Virus record (IMG/VR): IMGVR_UViG_3300032218_002273
Coordinates: 1-64,000 of that record
Strand: one strand, 5' to 3'
Length of the DNA: 64,000 bases
From: a virus
Taxonomy: Duplodnaviria; Caudoviricetes
Made by a program: the position numbers and the translations under genes. Under the pieces are notes generated by a model. That model ran no database searches, was not told the DNA's origin, and worked only from the letters and a program-made list of their open reading frames with translations. Within the stretch, counting starts at the first letter, position 1, and each line of letters opens with the position of its first letter. Shown here one piece after another: positions 10,448 to 20,536 of this stretch.

Positions 10448-10889
10448 ACCAGAAGATAAAAAATTAGATGGGATTAGCGTTCATACCCCTATGGGATTTG
10501 AAAATAATACTTTTGTTTTTATGAAAGATAAGAGCAGTAAAGCTATTGGATCTCTAAGTATTGGAGAAGAACTTCTTTTAGGTGGTAAAATTACAAATGT
10601 AATTAAAGATAAGTCTATAGAGATTTATAATTATAAAGGAACTATTTGTACAGGTTCTATGAAAGTGTTAGAAGATGGCAGGTGGATTTTAGTTAGTGAA
10701 AGTGGGAAGTCTAGAAAACTAACTAATGAATCTCCAACAGAAATAACTATTATTCAAAGTGAAGTTATGCTACTTATGACATATGATTATGAAGTATGGA
10801 GTAGTAATTTAAAAGATGTTACAGTAGATTTAAATAGTAAGCATGAGTTAAATGCTATGCTAACTCAATCTATAAAAGGCATAAAGTGA
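10434..10889 (+). CDS. Degenerate Hint-domain paralogue
   Basis: Aligns along its length with the upstream Hint (GFENNTFVFMKD vs CFEGDTLIVMED; VLEDGRW vs VLEDGKW; LMTYDYEVWS vs IMTADYQVWS) but has Cys>Gly and His>Met. Confidence 0.7.
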   Translation: MEIAKPEDKKLDGISVHTPMGFENNTFVFMKDKSSKAIGSLSIGEELLLGGKITNVIKDKSIEIYNYKGTICTGSMKVLEDGRWILVSESGKSRKLTNESPTEITIIQSEVMLLMTYDYEVWSSNLKDVTVDLNSKHELNAMLTQSIKGIK

Positions 10890-11314
10890 ATTTATCAGTA
10901 AAGAAGTTTAATAAGCAAATAGATTATGAACTTATAAAAATATGGTTTGCTGAATGGGAATGGTCTGCTCCAGAATTGGATCAGATACCGGAGGAATCTT
11001 GGATGGCTTATGTAAATGAAATACCTGTAGCTTTTAGCTGTTTTGGTAAGACCGATTCATCTATTGCTATCATGGGCTTTACAATAGCTAGAAAACAAAA
11101 AATAGAAGGACAATCTCAAGCTTTGGACTTTCTTGTAGAACATATATTCTCTAGAGTTAAAGATTGTGGTTTTAAGTACTTACATTACTATACTGATAGT
11201 TTAAGTATGGTAAATCGTATGGAAAAACTTGGCATGGAAGTTACTGATAGAGGAACAGCATATATTTTATTAAAGAACATAAGTGGTAATAATCATAAGT
11301 TTTATGATGAATAA
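10886..11314 (+). CDS. GNAT-fold acetyltransferase-like virion-module protein
   Basis: 142 aa with a GNAT-like pattern (YVNEIPVAFS...ALDFLVEHI...GFKYLHYYTDS..MVNRMEKLGM), in the usual position between tail and ejection genes. Confidence 0.55.
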   Translation: MNLSVKKFNKQIDYELIKIWFAEWEWSAPELDQIPEESWMAYVNEIPVAFSCFGKTDSSIAIMGFTIARKQKIEGQSQALDFLVEHIFSRVKDCGFKYLHYYTDSLSMVNRMEKLGMEVTDRGTAYILLKNISGNNHKFYDE

Positions 11315-11324
11315 TTAACAACTA
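11315..11324 (+). promoter_or_regulatory. Putative late promoter motif TTAACAACTA
   Basis: Exact copy directly after the stop at 11314 and upstream of ATG 11356. Confidence 0.7.
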
Positions 11325-11355
11325 CATATGAGATATTTTTTTTAGAGGTGGTAGT

Positions 11356-12612
11356 ATGGCATGGTATGACGATATAGCTAATTCAGTAGGATTTAGTTCT
11401 AGATCTTTAGGAATAAATACTGCTGAGGACAAGGCCGCTAGAGAAAAAGCAGCTCAAGATGCAGAAATTGCCGCTAGAAATGAAAAAGAGCAGGCTCGTT
11501 TGGCTAAAAATAAAGAAGTAGAAGATAGATACTATAAAGAAAAATATGGTGTTAATGCTGATTATATAAGAGATTTAGATACTCCAAAACCTTTACACCC
11601 ATCATATCGTCCAGGTATGGCAGATGTATTACAACAAGATAGAAATCAACTAGATAAAGATTCTAGTGAAGATGCTTATATGAGAGAGCGTTACAATAGT
11701 GCTGATACTGCTATGAATAGACCTAGTATGGCAGATATGCAAAGACAAGACAGAGATGTTGTTAGCTCTATGCCTGACTATGTTCCAGAAGAATCTACTT
11801 GGGATAAAATTAGACATGCTACAACAGATGCTAGAAAAAAATATATAACTGGAGGAGTAGATAAAGCTATGGATTTTGTTAAAAACAATCCAAATGCGGC
11901 TGCTGCAGGGTTAGGTATTTTAGGAGCAGGCGGAGGTTATTTAGCTGCAAAAGGAGATTATCAAGATGCTTTAAATACTCTTAGACAATCTGCAGATTTA
12001 GCAGGTACTTATGAGGCATTAGGCCCTTCTCAAGTTGCAGGGATAAAAGATAATCAACAATTAAAAGATATGCAAATGCAAGCTTTAAAGAAAACTCAAG
12101 AAGAAGCTTTAATGGGAACTACTGCAGAAGATGAAGCTTATAGACGACAACAAGAAAAATTAGTTAATCAAGGATTTAAATCTAGAGAGGCTCAACAACA
12201 AGATGATCTTGCTAGAAGAGGAGCACAAGCCGGAAGTGGATTAGGTATGATGCAAGCACTTGCAAATAATCAAGCTGCTTTACAACAAGGGTCAGAAGCC
12301 GCTGACGCAGATATGCTTAGAAAAGCACAAGCAAGAAGAATGGCTGTTGGTAATTTAGCTAATCAATCAGGATCTATGCAGCAAGCTGAGTTTAATAGAG
12401 ATGTTACTAGAGGAACCGCAGCAGATCAATTCAATATGACTAATGTGCAAAACAAAATGGCTGCAGCACAACAAAAAGCAGGTCGTCTTGGAAGTGTTGC
12501 AAATGCTCAAGCTAATATTGGTAAAACTAAAGGAGAGCTTGGTACTAGTCTTGGTAACTTAGGTATGCAAGGTGCATTAGGATTTCCTGAGTTGAATAAA
12601 AAAACAAAATGA
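11356..12612 (+). CDS. Putative DNA ejection / internal virion protein
   Basis: 418 aa, A/Q/G-rich helical, with a hydrophobic AAAAGLGILGAGGGYLAA stretch; position in the module. Confidence 0.55.
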   Translation: MAWYDDIANSVGFSSRSLGINTAEDKAAREKAAQDAEIAARNEKEQARLAKNKEVEDRYYKEKYGVNADYIRDLDTPKPLHPSYRPGMADVLQQDRNQLDKDSSEDAYMRERYNSADTAMNRPSMADMQRQDRDVVSSMPDYVPEESTWDKIRHATTDARKKYITGGVDKAMDFVKNNPNAAAAGLGILGAGGGYLAAKGDYQDALNTLRQSADLAGTYEALGPSQVAGIKDNQQLKDMQMQALKKTQEEALMGTTAEDEAYRRQQEKLVNQGFKSREAQQQDDLARRGAQAGSGLGMMQALANNQAALQQGSEAADADMLRKAQARRMAVGNLANQSGSMQQAEFNRDVTRGTAADQFNMTNVQNKMAAAQQKAGRLGSVANAQANIGKTKGELGTSLGNLGMQGALGFPELNKKTK

Positions 12613-12635
12613 AAATAAACCTACGTAGGTGACAT

Positions 12636-14252
12636 ATGCCATTAACTTGGGATGAAAAGAAAAATGCTAGAAGACAATTAATCAATGATTTAGGCAGAGC
12701 ACCTACTGATGATGAATATTTTTCTTATTTAGCTAAAGATCCTAGAACTCAAGAACATCTAGCCACTGATAATATATTTGGTGCTAGAACAGATAAGGTT
12801 AATCCAATATCTGGACAAATGGTAAATATGCCAGAAAGTGAAGCTATTGATAAGGAGTTGAAAGATGAAAAAGAGCAAGGTAAAAATTTAGTAGAATCTA
12901 ATGAAAAGTTACTAAATTTAAAGCCATTTTCACTAGATAGACCTTCTGGTACTGCTGAAGATATGTTAGGCTTAACTCCTAAATTGCCAGAAACAAGTAC
13001 AACTTCAGACGTCTCAATTTCAAAAGATCCGTGGTATAAAAAAGATGCTGATGAGATGGTACCTGGAGTTCAAATAGGTACTCCAATTAAACAACCAACT
13101 CCTTCAAGATCTCCTGCAGCACAAAAACCTGCAATCTCTTCTGAAGAAACTAAAGCTGAAAAACCTTCAGATTCATTGCAAGATGATGAATTTAAAAGAG
13201 CATCTGAAAAAGCAGACTACAATCAAGCACAAGCTAGATTAATGTCAGCAATCGGAGGAGTAGGAACAGCATTTGCAAATTTAGGAAATATAGGAACTCC
13301 AATTGAAAATAAATTTAAAGAAAGTACAGACGATCTTTTAAAACATGCAGCAGATCCTATTTCAAGATTAAAAGATCAAAGAGCACAATACGAACAATTA
13401 ATTAAAAATAAAGAATTATCAGAAGATAGAGATCCTAAGAGTCCAAAAAGTATTCAGTATAGACAATTAGCCAAATCTTTAGGCATGGTTGTAAAAGGAA
13501 ATGAGGCTGCTTCTGATTTTGAAAAAGTTATTAATCCAGCAATTCAAAAATATCAATCAGATGAAAGTAAAGCAGCTAGAGTAGAAGCCGCTAGGATTCA
13601 CGCACAAGAGAGAATAGATCTCGCTAAAGAAAAATTGCAAGCTAGAGACGCAGACAAATTTGAAAAAGCAGCTAAGTATATGGAAGAAGATGAGAAAAAA
13701 TTGAATACCAGAACTGGAAAAGAGATATCAAGATATACTGGAGGATTGCATGCTCTGTCTATTGTTGATAATTTTAAAGATTTGAATAAAGTTCCAGAAC
13801 AATTTAAGAGAGAGTTAGCGGTAGCGTTGGCGTCTATGATTTCCCCTGGTATTGCACATAAAGAGACTGTTGATCAACTAGATCCTAAAACACTACAACA
13901 AACTTTAAATGGGTATTTGACTAAACTAACAGGTACTCCTTATGGAGCTGGTGCAGCAGGTACTGTTAAACTTGCAATCGAGTCTATTAAAAATCAAATG
14001 AATGTCAGCACTAATGTTCTTAGAAATGAAACTGATCGCAAATTAAGAGTTTATAAAAAAACTCTAAGTACAGACGCATACAAAGAATTAGAAGATATAG
14101 CAAAATCTAAAGATTTTTATCGTTACTCTCCAGAAAACTCTAATAAAGAAACTGGCTTAAAAAAAGTAACTTTAAAAGATGGAGAGTCTATTTTAGTTCG
14201 ACCGGAAGATTTAGAAGAAATTAACAAAGATGATATTTTAAAGGTAGAATAA
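12636..14252 (+). CDS. Putative internal virion protein
   Basis: 538 aa, charged coiled-coil-like; second of three large consecutive ORFs. Confidence 0.5.
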   Translation: MPLTWDEKKNARRQLINDLGRAPTDDEYFSYLAKDPRTQEHLATDNIFGARTDKVNPISGQMVNMPESEAIDKELKDEKEQGKNLVESNEKLLNLKPFSLDRPSGTAEDMLGLTPKLPETSTTSDVSISKDPWYKKDADEMVPGVQIGTPIKQPTPSRSPAAQKPAISSEETKAEKPSDSLQDDEFKRASEKADYNQAQARLMSAIGGVGTAFANLGNIGTPIENKFKESTDDLLKHAADPISRLKDQRAQYEQLIKNKELSEDRDPKSPKSIQYRQLAKSLGMVVKGNEAASDFEKVINPAIQKYQSDESKAARVEAARIHAQERIDLAKEKLQARDADKFEKAAKYMEEDEKKLNTRTGKEISRYTGGLHALSIVDNFKDLNKVPEQFKRELAVALASMISPGIAHKETVDQLDPKTLQQTLNGYLTKLTGTPYGAGAAGTVKLAIESIKNQMNVSTNVLRNETDRKLRVYKKTLSTDAYKELEDIAKSKDFYRYSPENSNKETGLKKVTLKDGESILVRPEDLEEINKDDILKVE

Positions 14253-16963
14253 TGGGATTATCAGATAAATACAAACACATAAACTTAGCTGATAAATATG
14301 CTCATCTAGATCAGAGTAAAAAATTAGCTACTCCTTCAGAAGTTGCATCTCCAGAAGAACCGGGAATGATAGAATCTCTTGCTAGAGGGGCTGAACAAGG
14401 TTTAACTTTTGGATTTGGCGATGAATTAAATGCTGCATTAGAAGCCATGACGGACTCTAATAAGACTTATCAACAAGCAGTAGAAGAAAGTAGACAAAAG
14501 TTTAAAGAAGCAGAAGAAGCTAATCCTTGGACTAGTGGAGCAGGAACAATTATAGGTAGTTTAATTCCTGCCGGAATGGTGTCAAAAGGTGTTGGAGCCG
14601 GAGCACGATTATTACAAGGACTAACTGGAGCTGCCGAATCTCTTCCATTGATTTCTAAAGTAGCGTCTCCTGCATCTAAATTAGCAGGATTAGTTGCTGA
14701 AGGTGCTGCAGGGGAAGGCGGTCTTATGTCTATGGGGGCAGCAGGAGCTGCCGAAGGTGGAGTTTTTGGAGGATTAACTGGAGCAGGAAGTGCTGAAAAT
14801 GCAGAAGAAATCCCAGAAAGAATTAAAGAAGAAGCTAAAACTGGAGCTTTATTAGGAGGCGCAGGCGGTGCTTTATTTGGTGGTGCTAAATACGCAAAAG
14901 ATAAACTATTAGATACAGATATTGGACAAGATATTGCTAGATCATGGCAACTAGGAACAGAGAAAGGAACTAACTATTTATCGAATGTTCAAAAGACAAA
15001 GTTTCAAGAAAATCTTCCAGAGCAGGTTGAAAAATCAATTATTAGTCCTTTAGATACTTCTTGGAAAGCAGAAAATAAAGCTAAAAATAAAGCTTTAGAA
15101 TCATTTGAAGGAACCTTTAGTGTCAATCCAGATGAGATAAAAGCTATTGAATCTGAATTACCAGAAACGGTAAGTGATCTTAGTAACCCAGAAAATATTA
15201 AAAAATTAGAAAGTGATCTAGTTGGAACTCAAGAAACTTTAGGTAATGTACAAAAAGAACTTGACGCACATCCTTTAAGTGAAGCGTTAGGATTAAAAGC
15301 CACTGAAAAGTCTAAACCAGTTTTAGTTAAGGATATAAAAGAATATAGTAAAGCAGCTCAAGCCAAAGAAGCTTCAATTAGAAAAGTAAAGGTACTTAAA
15401 AATGAAGCTCAAGAAAGGGTAAATCAACTAAAAGCAATAATCACAGATTTTGTTGAAAGTGGTAAAGCTGGTGGAACCATATCTTCTGATGTAGTTAGAG
15501 AGTTAAATGAAGCTACGGCAAAAGAAATAGCTCAGCACCCTTTACTAAATAGCGAGACATTGGCTAACTGGTATGCTGATTTTCAAAAACTAGCAGTTAA
15601 AGAACAGGAAGAAATACTATCTGTTAGTCCAGAAATGGCAGAAAATATTGAAAGTTTAAAACAGTTGATGGATAGAAAAAAAGTATTTTCTAGTTTAGAA
15701 AAATTATCTAGCGATAAAGGTAATATTGGGAAAGCTATAAGAGAAGCAGAAGCTGCTATAAAAAGAATAGAAAAGTATAGCGTTCATGAAGCAGAGAGAA
15801 TCAGCCCTACTGCTTTGAACAAATTTCAAAAAGCTGAAGAAGTACTTAAAAAATCATTAAACGATCATGGAGTAGAGCTTACCCCAGAACAATTAGAAAG
15901 TTTAAAAAATGACGATAATTTATTACGAAACATAGATTTAAGAAAAAGATTAGAAGATGAAAGATTATTAATTTCTAAAAAATTATCTACAGAACAAAGT
16001 AATACAACAAAAAAAGTTAATTTAAAAAACTTTGAACATGAATCAGATTTAGACACAAAGAAAGGTTTGTTTTTATCAAAGGAATTAGAAAGATTAAAAC
16101 AAAAATTTGGAGATTTGCAAAACGTACCAGCAGAAAAAGCAGAAGAGCTATTTAAAGAAACCCGTACTATTGAAAAAAACTTATCTCCTTCTGGATATGT
16201 TGGGGATATTAAACAAAATGCTCCTAGAACTGTTGAAAATTTTAATAAATTAAAAAAAGCTGTAACAGAAGGTTTGTCAGGAGAGTCCAAATATGTAACT
16301 CCAGTGGATGAATTTGGAAATTTACTTCCAACTAAAAGAATGCAACCTCCTGTAACCGATTACGGAGAAGTAGCAAGTAGCACTCAATTTGGAGAACACG
16401 CACAGAAAGAAAAGAAGATTGCAGATATATTAGAACTTTTAACTGGAGAAAGAAAAAGTTACGCAGGATCTCCAGCAGAAAGATCTGAAATGATTAAAAA
16501 AGCTCTTAAGTCAGGAGAAGAAAAGTTTGGAATTGGAGAGCGTTTTAATTTTAGAGAAGCTATGAAGCTTGCAGAACAAATCGGAGATCCTAAAATAATC
16601 GAAGGTTTAAAAAATTTACAATATCAAAATGAATTAGCTAAAGGTTATGGTGCAGGATCTCATAGATATATGCACAATAAAATGTCAGAATTGTTTACTA
16701 AAGGGGTAACTTCTGCAGTAGCATCAGAAACGGCAGGAGCTAGAAAATTTGTAGGGAATGTAGTTTCTAAAGTACCAACTCCTGGTGATTTATTTAATCC
16801 AGAAGTAGCTGCTAAACTATCTCAAAAATCTCCTACTTTAGGAAAAATGCTTTCTAGAATATCTGATGCAAATACAACTGAAGCCAAAAAAAGAGCTTAT
16901 CAGAATATCTTAATGAACAACCCTGTAGTAAGACAAATTTTAACAGAGCGTAATTCGGAGTAG
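14252..16963 (+). CDS. Putative large internal virion protein
   Basis: 903 aa; ESLARGAEQGLTFGFGDEL motif and G/A-rich membrane-like segments typical of ejection proteins. Confidence 0.55.
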   Translation: MGLSDKYKHINLADKYAHLDQSKKLATPSEVASPEEPGMIESLARGAEQGLTFGFGDELNAALEAMTDSNKTYQQAVEESRQKFKEAEEANPWTSGAGTIIGSLIPAGMVSKGVGAGARLLQGLTGAAESLPLISKVASPASKLAGLVAEGAAGEGGLMSMGAAGAAEGGVFGGLTGAGSAENAEEIPERIKEEAKTGALLGGAGGALFGGAKYAKDKLLDTDIGQDIARSWQLGTEKGTNYLSNVQKTKFQENLPEQVEKSIISPLDTSWKAENKAKNKALESFEGTFSVNPDEIKAIESELPETVSDLSNPENIKKLESDLVGTQETLGNVQKELDAHPLSEALGLKATEKSKPVLVKDIKEYSKAAQAKEASIRKVKVLKNEAQERVNQLKAIITDFVESGKAGGTISSDVVRELNEATAKEIAQHPLLNSETLANWYADFQKLAVKEQEEILSVSPEMAENIESLKQLMDRKKVFSSLEKLSSDKGNIGKAIREAEAAIKRIEKYSVHEAERISPTALNKFQKAEEVLKKSLNDHGVELTPEQLESLKNDDNLLRNIDLRKRLEDERLLISKKLSTEQSNTTKKVNLKNFEHESDLDTKKGLFLSKELERLKQKFGDLQNVPAEKAEELFKETRTIEKNLSPSGYVGDIKQNAPRTVENFNKLKKAVTEGLSGESKYVTPVDEFGNLLPTKRMQPPVTDYGEVASSTQFGEHAQKEKKIADILELLTGERKSYAGSPAERSEMIKKALKSGEEKFGIGERFNFREAMKLAEQIGDPKIIEGLKNLQYQNELAKGYGAGSHRYMHNKMSELFTKGVTSAVASETAGARKFVGNVVSKVPTPGDLFNPEVAAKLSQKSPTLGKMLSRISDANTTEAKKRAYQNILMNNPVVRQILTERNSE

Positions 16964-16965
16964 TT

Positions 16966-17340
16966 ATGGATGACAAAATCAACAACATTGAAAACAAAAT
17001 TGATTCTGTCATTTCTAAATTAAATGAGCTAAATGTAACTTTAGCTGAGAATACCCAATCTTTAGTTATTCACGAAAAAAGAACAGATATTGCAGAAAGA
17101 AAAATAGAAATATTAAATCATAGAATTGAGGAGTTAAAAGATAAAGAAAATGATCAGTTTAAAGAATTAACTTCTGCTATAGATGATAAATTTTCTTCTA
17201 TACAAGATCAAATGCACCCTATTAAAGTTCACGTAGAAGCTATGGATAGATTATTTAACCTAATGTGGAAAGTGATTATACCTTGTTTTGCAGGTCTATT
17301 AGCTATTTTATATCAGATAGGGTTGATTAAATTTAAGTAG
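16966..17340 (+). CDS. Coiled-coil protein with C-terminal membrane helix (holin/XhlA-like?)
   Basis: 124 aa; heptad pattern followed by LMWKVIIPCFAGLLAILYQIGLI. Confidence 0.45.
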   Translation: MDDKINNIENKIDSVISKLNELNVTLAENTQSLVIHEKRTDIAERKIEILNHRIEELKDKENDQFKELTSAIDDKFSSIQDQMHPIKVHVEAMDRLFNLMWKVIIPCFAGLLAILYQIGLIKFK

Positions 17341-17878
17341 ATTCTTTTTTTAACCAATGACAACCTTGAGATATTAAATACTCTATTTCTTTTTGTCTTT
17401 CTTTTATATTTTTAATAGTATTCAAATACTCATTTATTTCAATCATGTATAATTCTAAATCTTTACTATATAAATCCTTCTCAATTATAGCATCTTCAAA
17501 GCTATTAACATCTGCAATTATGTCTTTTTCTCTTAGGTTATCTAGCGTAACCTCATCAAAAAATTCCATACCTCCAGTACTTGTTTTCTTAGCGTACACA
17601 TCTCTATTTCTTGCATTATTTTGATTATAGATTTCTACCCTATCTTCCTTCTTATGTAGATTTTTTGAAGAGTATCTTTTGTATATGGTTCCGTCTTTTT
17701 TGGTTACTACCTGACGAGGGAAAGAAGCTCCCATATACTCCCCCATGAACTTATTTAACCATTCTTTTTCTTCATCGCTTAATTGATCTATATAATCAAA
17801 ATCAATTAATTCCTGCCTTCTTTTTAAATTTAAATTTTTTTGTAAGTTAGGGTACTTGTTTTTAGATCGTTTAGACAT
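17333..17878 (-). CDS. Hypothetical protein
   Basis: 181-aa ORF coupled to its upstream gene, with an AGGAG RBS; no family recognised. Confidence 0.65.
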   Translation of the reverse strand: MSKRSKNKYPNLQKNLNLKRRQELIDFDYIDQLSDEEKEWLNKFMGEYMGASFPRQVVTKKDGTIYKRYSSKNLHKKEDRVEIYNQNNARNRDVYAKKTSTGGMEFFDEVTLDNLREKDIIADVNSFEDAIIEKDLYSKDLELYMIEINEYLNTIKNIKERQKEIEYLISQGCHWLKKEST

Positions 17879-18339
17879 TAAAAGTCTACTCCTATAGACA
17901 CTCCGATTTTCTTATCAGTAGTTGCCATTACCCCAACGGTCACACTACCTACGACTCTTTTAGATGCATGAACTCCATATTCTAACTCTTTTCCAAAAGA
18001 TTTGGAAGGAGTCAAAGCAAATGCAGATAAACTTAAACCAATATCATTTTTGACCACAGTTGTAGTGTCTGTCTGTCTTTCAGAAGTAGCTGCTTCTAGT
18101 TTATCCCACTCTTCTTTAGTAACCTCGATTTCTTCTATTGTACCATCGGGTTTAATAATTTTCTTTTTATAAAAATATTTAGACTTACCTTCTTTCTGGA
18201 CAACTTTAGTTTTTTCTACTTCAATAGTTCTAGTTTCTACTTTAGTAGGTTTTGAAAAATATCCAATCCCAGCTCCAATTAGAAGTATTATTATTGCTGT
18301 TGTTATTTTAGATTTTAGTATATTCATAATATAACTCAT
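17878..18339 (-). CDS. Membrane-anchored envelope protein (spanin-like?)
   Basis: N-terminal TM (ITTAIIILLIGAGIGYF), a charged middle, and a C-terminal amphipathic beta region ending in Phe. Confidence 0.45.
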   Translation of the reverse strand: MSYIMNILKSKITTAIIILLIGAGIGYFSKPTKVETRTIEVEKTKVVQKEGKSKYFYKKKIIKPDGTIEEIEVTKEEWDKLEAATSERQTDTTTVVKNDIGLSLSAFALTPSKSFGKELEYGVHASKRVVGSVTVGVMATTDKKIGVSIGVDF

Positions 18340-18362
18340 AAGAAAGGGGCTTTCGCCCCTTC
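18340..18362 (-). terminator. Intrinsic terminator, GAAA loop
   Basis: Minus strand AAGGGGC-GAAA-GCCCCTT-TCTT directly after the stop at 18366. Confidence 0.8.
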
Positions 18363-18365
18363 TAC

Positions 18366-19151
18366 TTAAAACTGTACGTTTTTAATTGAAAAGATTTTAC
18401 TATACTCTCTTACCACATCAATTTTATTAGAGATGATAAAATCTCCACCTCTATTTGTAGTAATGGCTAAAGGTTGTGTGATTAAAGGACATTTAGACAA
18501 AACAACATCTACAGCAAAAAATCCTAAATCTACTGTCTGTTGAGTTGTACCTTCTAGAGATTTATCGCAGCTAACATTAACTTCTTCATCAGCAAATCCA
18601 TCGTTAACTGCTTTATCAGAATTAGCCCAATATTCATTTTGAATTAGTCTGCTGTAACTTTCTAAAGTTTGCTTACCTTTAGTTCTATTAACTACTACCT
18701 TATCTTGATCTGCCAAATGAGATAACACGTGAGCATATCTAGAATCTAACTGTCCGGGAAACTCACCTTCAAAACCTCCCTTAGCTTTATGTGACATCAG
18801 CGTAGAATAAGGTGTTACATATCTATCCCCTAAAGCTTCTACTAATTGAAAAGCCATTGATGCTGCAAAAATACTTATGGTATTTATCTTTCTTTTAGAA
18901 GTACTTGCAAATCTAATAAAGTCAAAACCATCATAGATACTTCCACCGGGAGAATTTATAACCAAGTAGATAGGTTCGTCTGTTTGAATTTTATTTAATT
19001 CTTGCAGACTTAACATCATTTGAGTCATAGATCCTGCATCAACTCTGCCATTTAGAGAAATAGTATTTTGATCCGTCAGGGTAATAGTTTTTGCGCCAAC
19101 ACTAAAACACAAAAACAAACCCATAATTACAGTAGCTAAAAATTTCTTCAT
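18366..19151 (-). CDS. ClpP/crotonase-fold serine protease with a signal peptide
   Basis: INSPGGSIYDG, AASMA (catalytic Ser) and LMSH (His) motifs; N-terminus MKKFLATVIMGLFLCFSVGA resembles a Sec signal. Confidence 0.8.
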   Translation of the reverse strand: MKKFLATVIMGLFLCFSVGAKTITLTDQNTISLNGRVDAGSMTQMMLSLQELNKIQTDEPIYLVINSPGGSIYDGFDFIRFASTSKRKINTISIFAASMAFQLVEALGDRYVTPYSTLMSHKAKGGFEGEFPGQLDSRYAHVLSHLADQDKVVVNRTKGKQTLESYSRLIQNEYWANSDKAVNDGFADEEVNVSCDKSLEGTTQQTVDLGFFAVDVVLSKCPLITQPLAITTNRGGDFIISNKIDVVREYSKIFSIKNVQF

Positions 19152-19216
19152 TAAATTCTCCTATTCAAAAATAACACCGCACTTATGTACGATTCTTTTA
19201 TATTATATATAAGGAA

Positions 19217-19756
19217 TTAGTTTTTTTCAAGTATCTTCTGTATTAATTCTGTATAATAATACTCCCTATGACTATTAAAACATCCAGCTAAAGAATCTGA
19301 AGGGTGCATTACAGTGGCAGGGCAGGTATCATAGCCAGACAAAAAAGGAGAGATCGGTATTCTCATCATGGTACTGTCATGTTCAGCCCCTAAATAATGC
19401 CCATATTCGTGAAGCACTAACGCCTCCTGCACTTCATCAGAAGAGTTCATAAAATAACTTTTTTTTATTTCTATCCAAGATTTAGTAAAACTTACCTCTA
19501 CTGGAATAAAGTAGGTTACTCCAACTGCAGAAGGTAAATCTAGCATTTCCGTTAAGTATATATCCGCAGGTTCAAATTTTACTCCTCTCATTCTAAGCTC
19601 ATTCTCAATCTTAGAAACAACTGTATCAAATTTTAAATTATTTTCTCTAACTAAAGAGGCTTTACGTATTAGAGGTTCTAAAAATAAAGTATAAGAAATA
19701 GACACGCATAAAGTTACAGCTAACCCTAATATAAAATACTTAATTATCTTTTTCAA
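19217..19756 (-). CDS. Membrane-anchored metzincin (matrixin-like) Zn protease
   Basis: HEYGHYLGAEH (HExxHxxGxxH), a downstream VMHP Met-turn and an N-terminal TM helix. Confidence 0.75.
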   Translation of the reverse strand: MKKIIKYFILGLAVTLCVSISYTLFLEPLIRKASLVRENNLKFDTVVSKIENELRMRGVKFEPADIYLTEMLDLPSAVGVTYFIPVEVSFTKSWIEIKKSYFMNSSDEVQEALVLHEYGHYLGAEHDSTMMRIPISPFLSGYDTCPATVMHPSDSLAGCFNSHREYYYTELIQKILEKN

Positions 19757-20000
19757 CAGAATCTCCTCCTAACTCCATATTTTTAGTTTTGAAGTTAAAT
19801 CGCCTACCAAAATATAAAGTAGAACATATCATAAATGTTTGCTCTAATGAAGCTAAGTCTTTAACTTCTTTATCTAAATATACAGATCTAGCGGTTAATC
19901 CCATAATAAAATAAAAACTAACTAGAGTCATAAATTTACTCGTACTAAATTTTCCTGTCCTCTCATCTAAAAATAACATCTCTTGTAATAATTTTTTCAT
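19740..20000 (-). CDS. Small two-helix membrane protein (holin-like)
   Basis: 86 aa; GKFSTSKFMTLVSFYFIMGL and a second hydrophobic segment ending YFGRR. Confidence 0.45.
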   Translation of the reverse strand: MKKLLQEMLFLDERTGKFSTSKFMTLVSFYFIMGLTARSVYLDKEVKDLASLEQTFMICSTLYFGRRFNFKTKNMELGGDSVEKDN

Positions 20001-20536
20001 TTCTTATTCTTCTTTTTTGTTTTATCCCAATATTTTAAAGTTATATCGGCAACGTAGTCTAACTTTAAACGCAACAATAAATCATCAGTTAATTCTGTAA
20101 ATTGACCTTTTTCTTTTAACTCTTTAATTGCTCTTCTAACATGATTTTCTGAATTAGTTTTAAATCTATGGCACGATACTTCATTAAAATTTTCTTTCGT
20201 CGGTACTGAACATATAACCTGTAAGTTTTCTATTCCACAAACTATGCCTTGTACCAACTCATCATAAGATAAATTTACTTCTTCTTTATCCAAAGGTATA
20301 GCTGGTTTTATATGATCTACTTGAACCCACTTCTGTGGAAAGAGATTTTCACAAATAGCACATTTATATTTAACAATCTTCTTTTTTCCAGGACTTCCAT
20401 CTTTTTTTGGCAAAGGCGCAAACTCTTGCCTAGCTTTTTTAAGACACTCTATAAACTGAGGAGATCGCCTAAAGCATCTTCGTATCTGCCCCTTAATAAC
20501 TCTTTTCATTTCTGGAGAATTCCAATCAAAACTCAT
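19997..20536 (-). CDS. HNH endonuclease
   Basis: YKCAICE...VQVDHIKP...ENLQVIC...CHRFKT. Confidence 0.75.
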   Translation of the reverse strand: MSFDWNSPEMKRVIKGQIRRCFRRSPQFIECLKKARQEFAPLPKKDGSPGKKKIVKYKCAICENLFPQKWVQVDHIKPAIPLDKEEVNLSYDELVQGIVCGIENLQVICSVPTKENFNEVSCHRFKTNSENHVRRAIKELKEKGQFTELTDDLLLRLKLDYVADITLKYWDKTKKKNKK

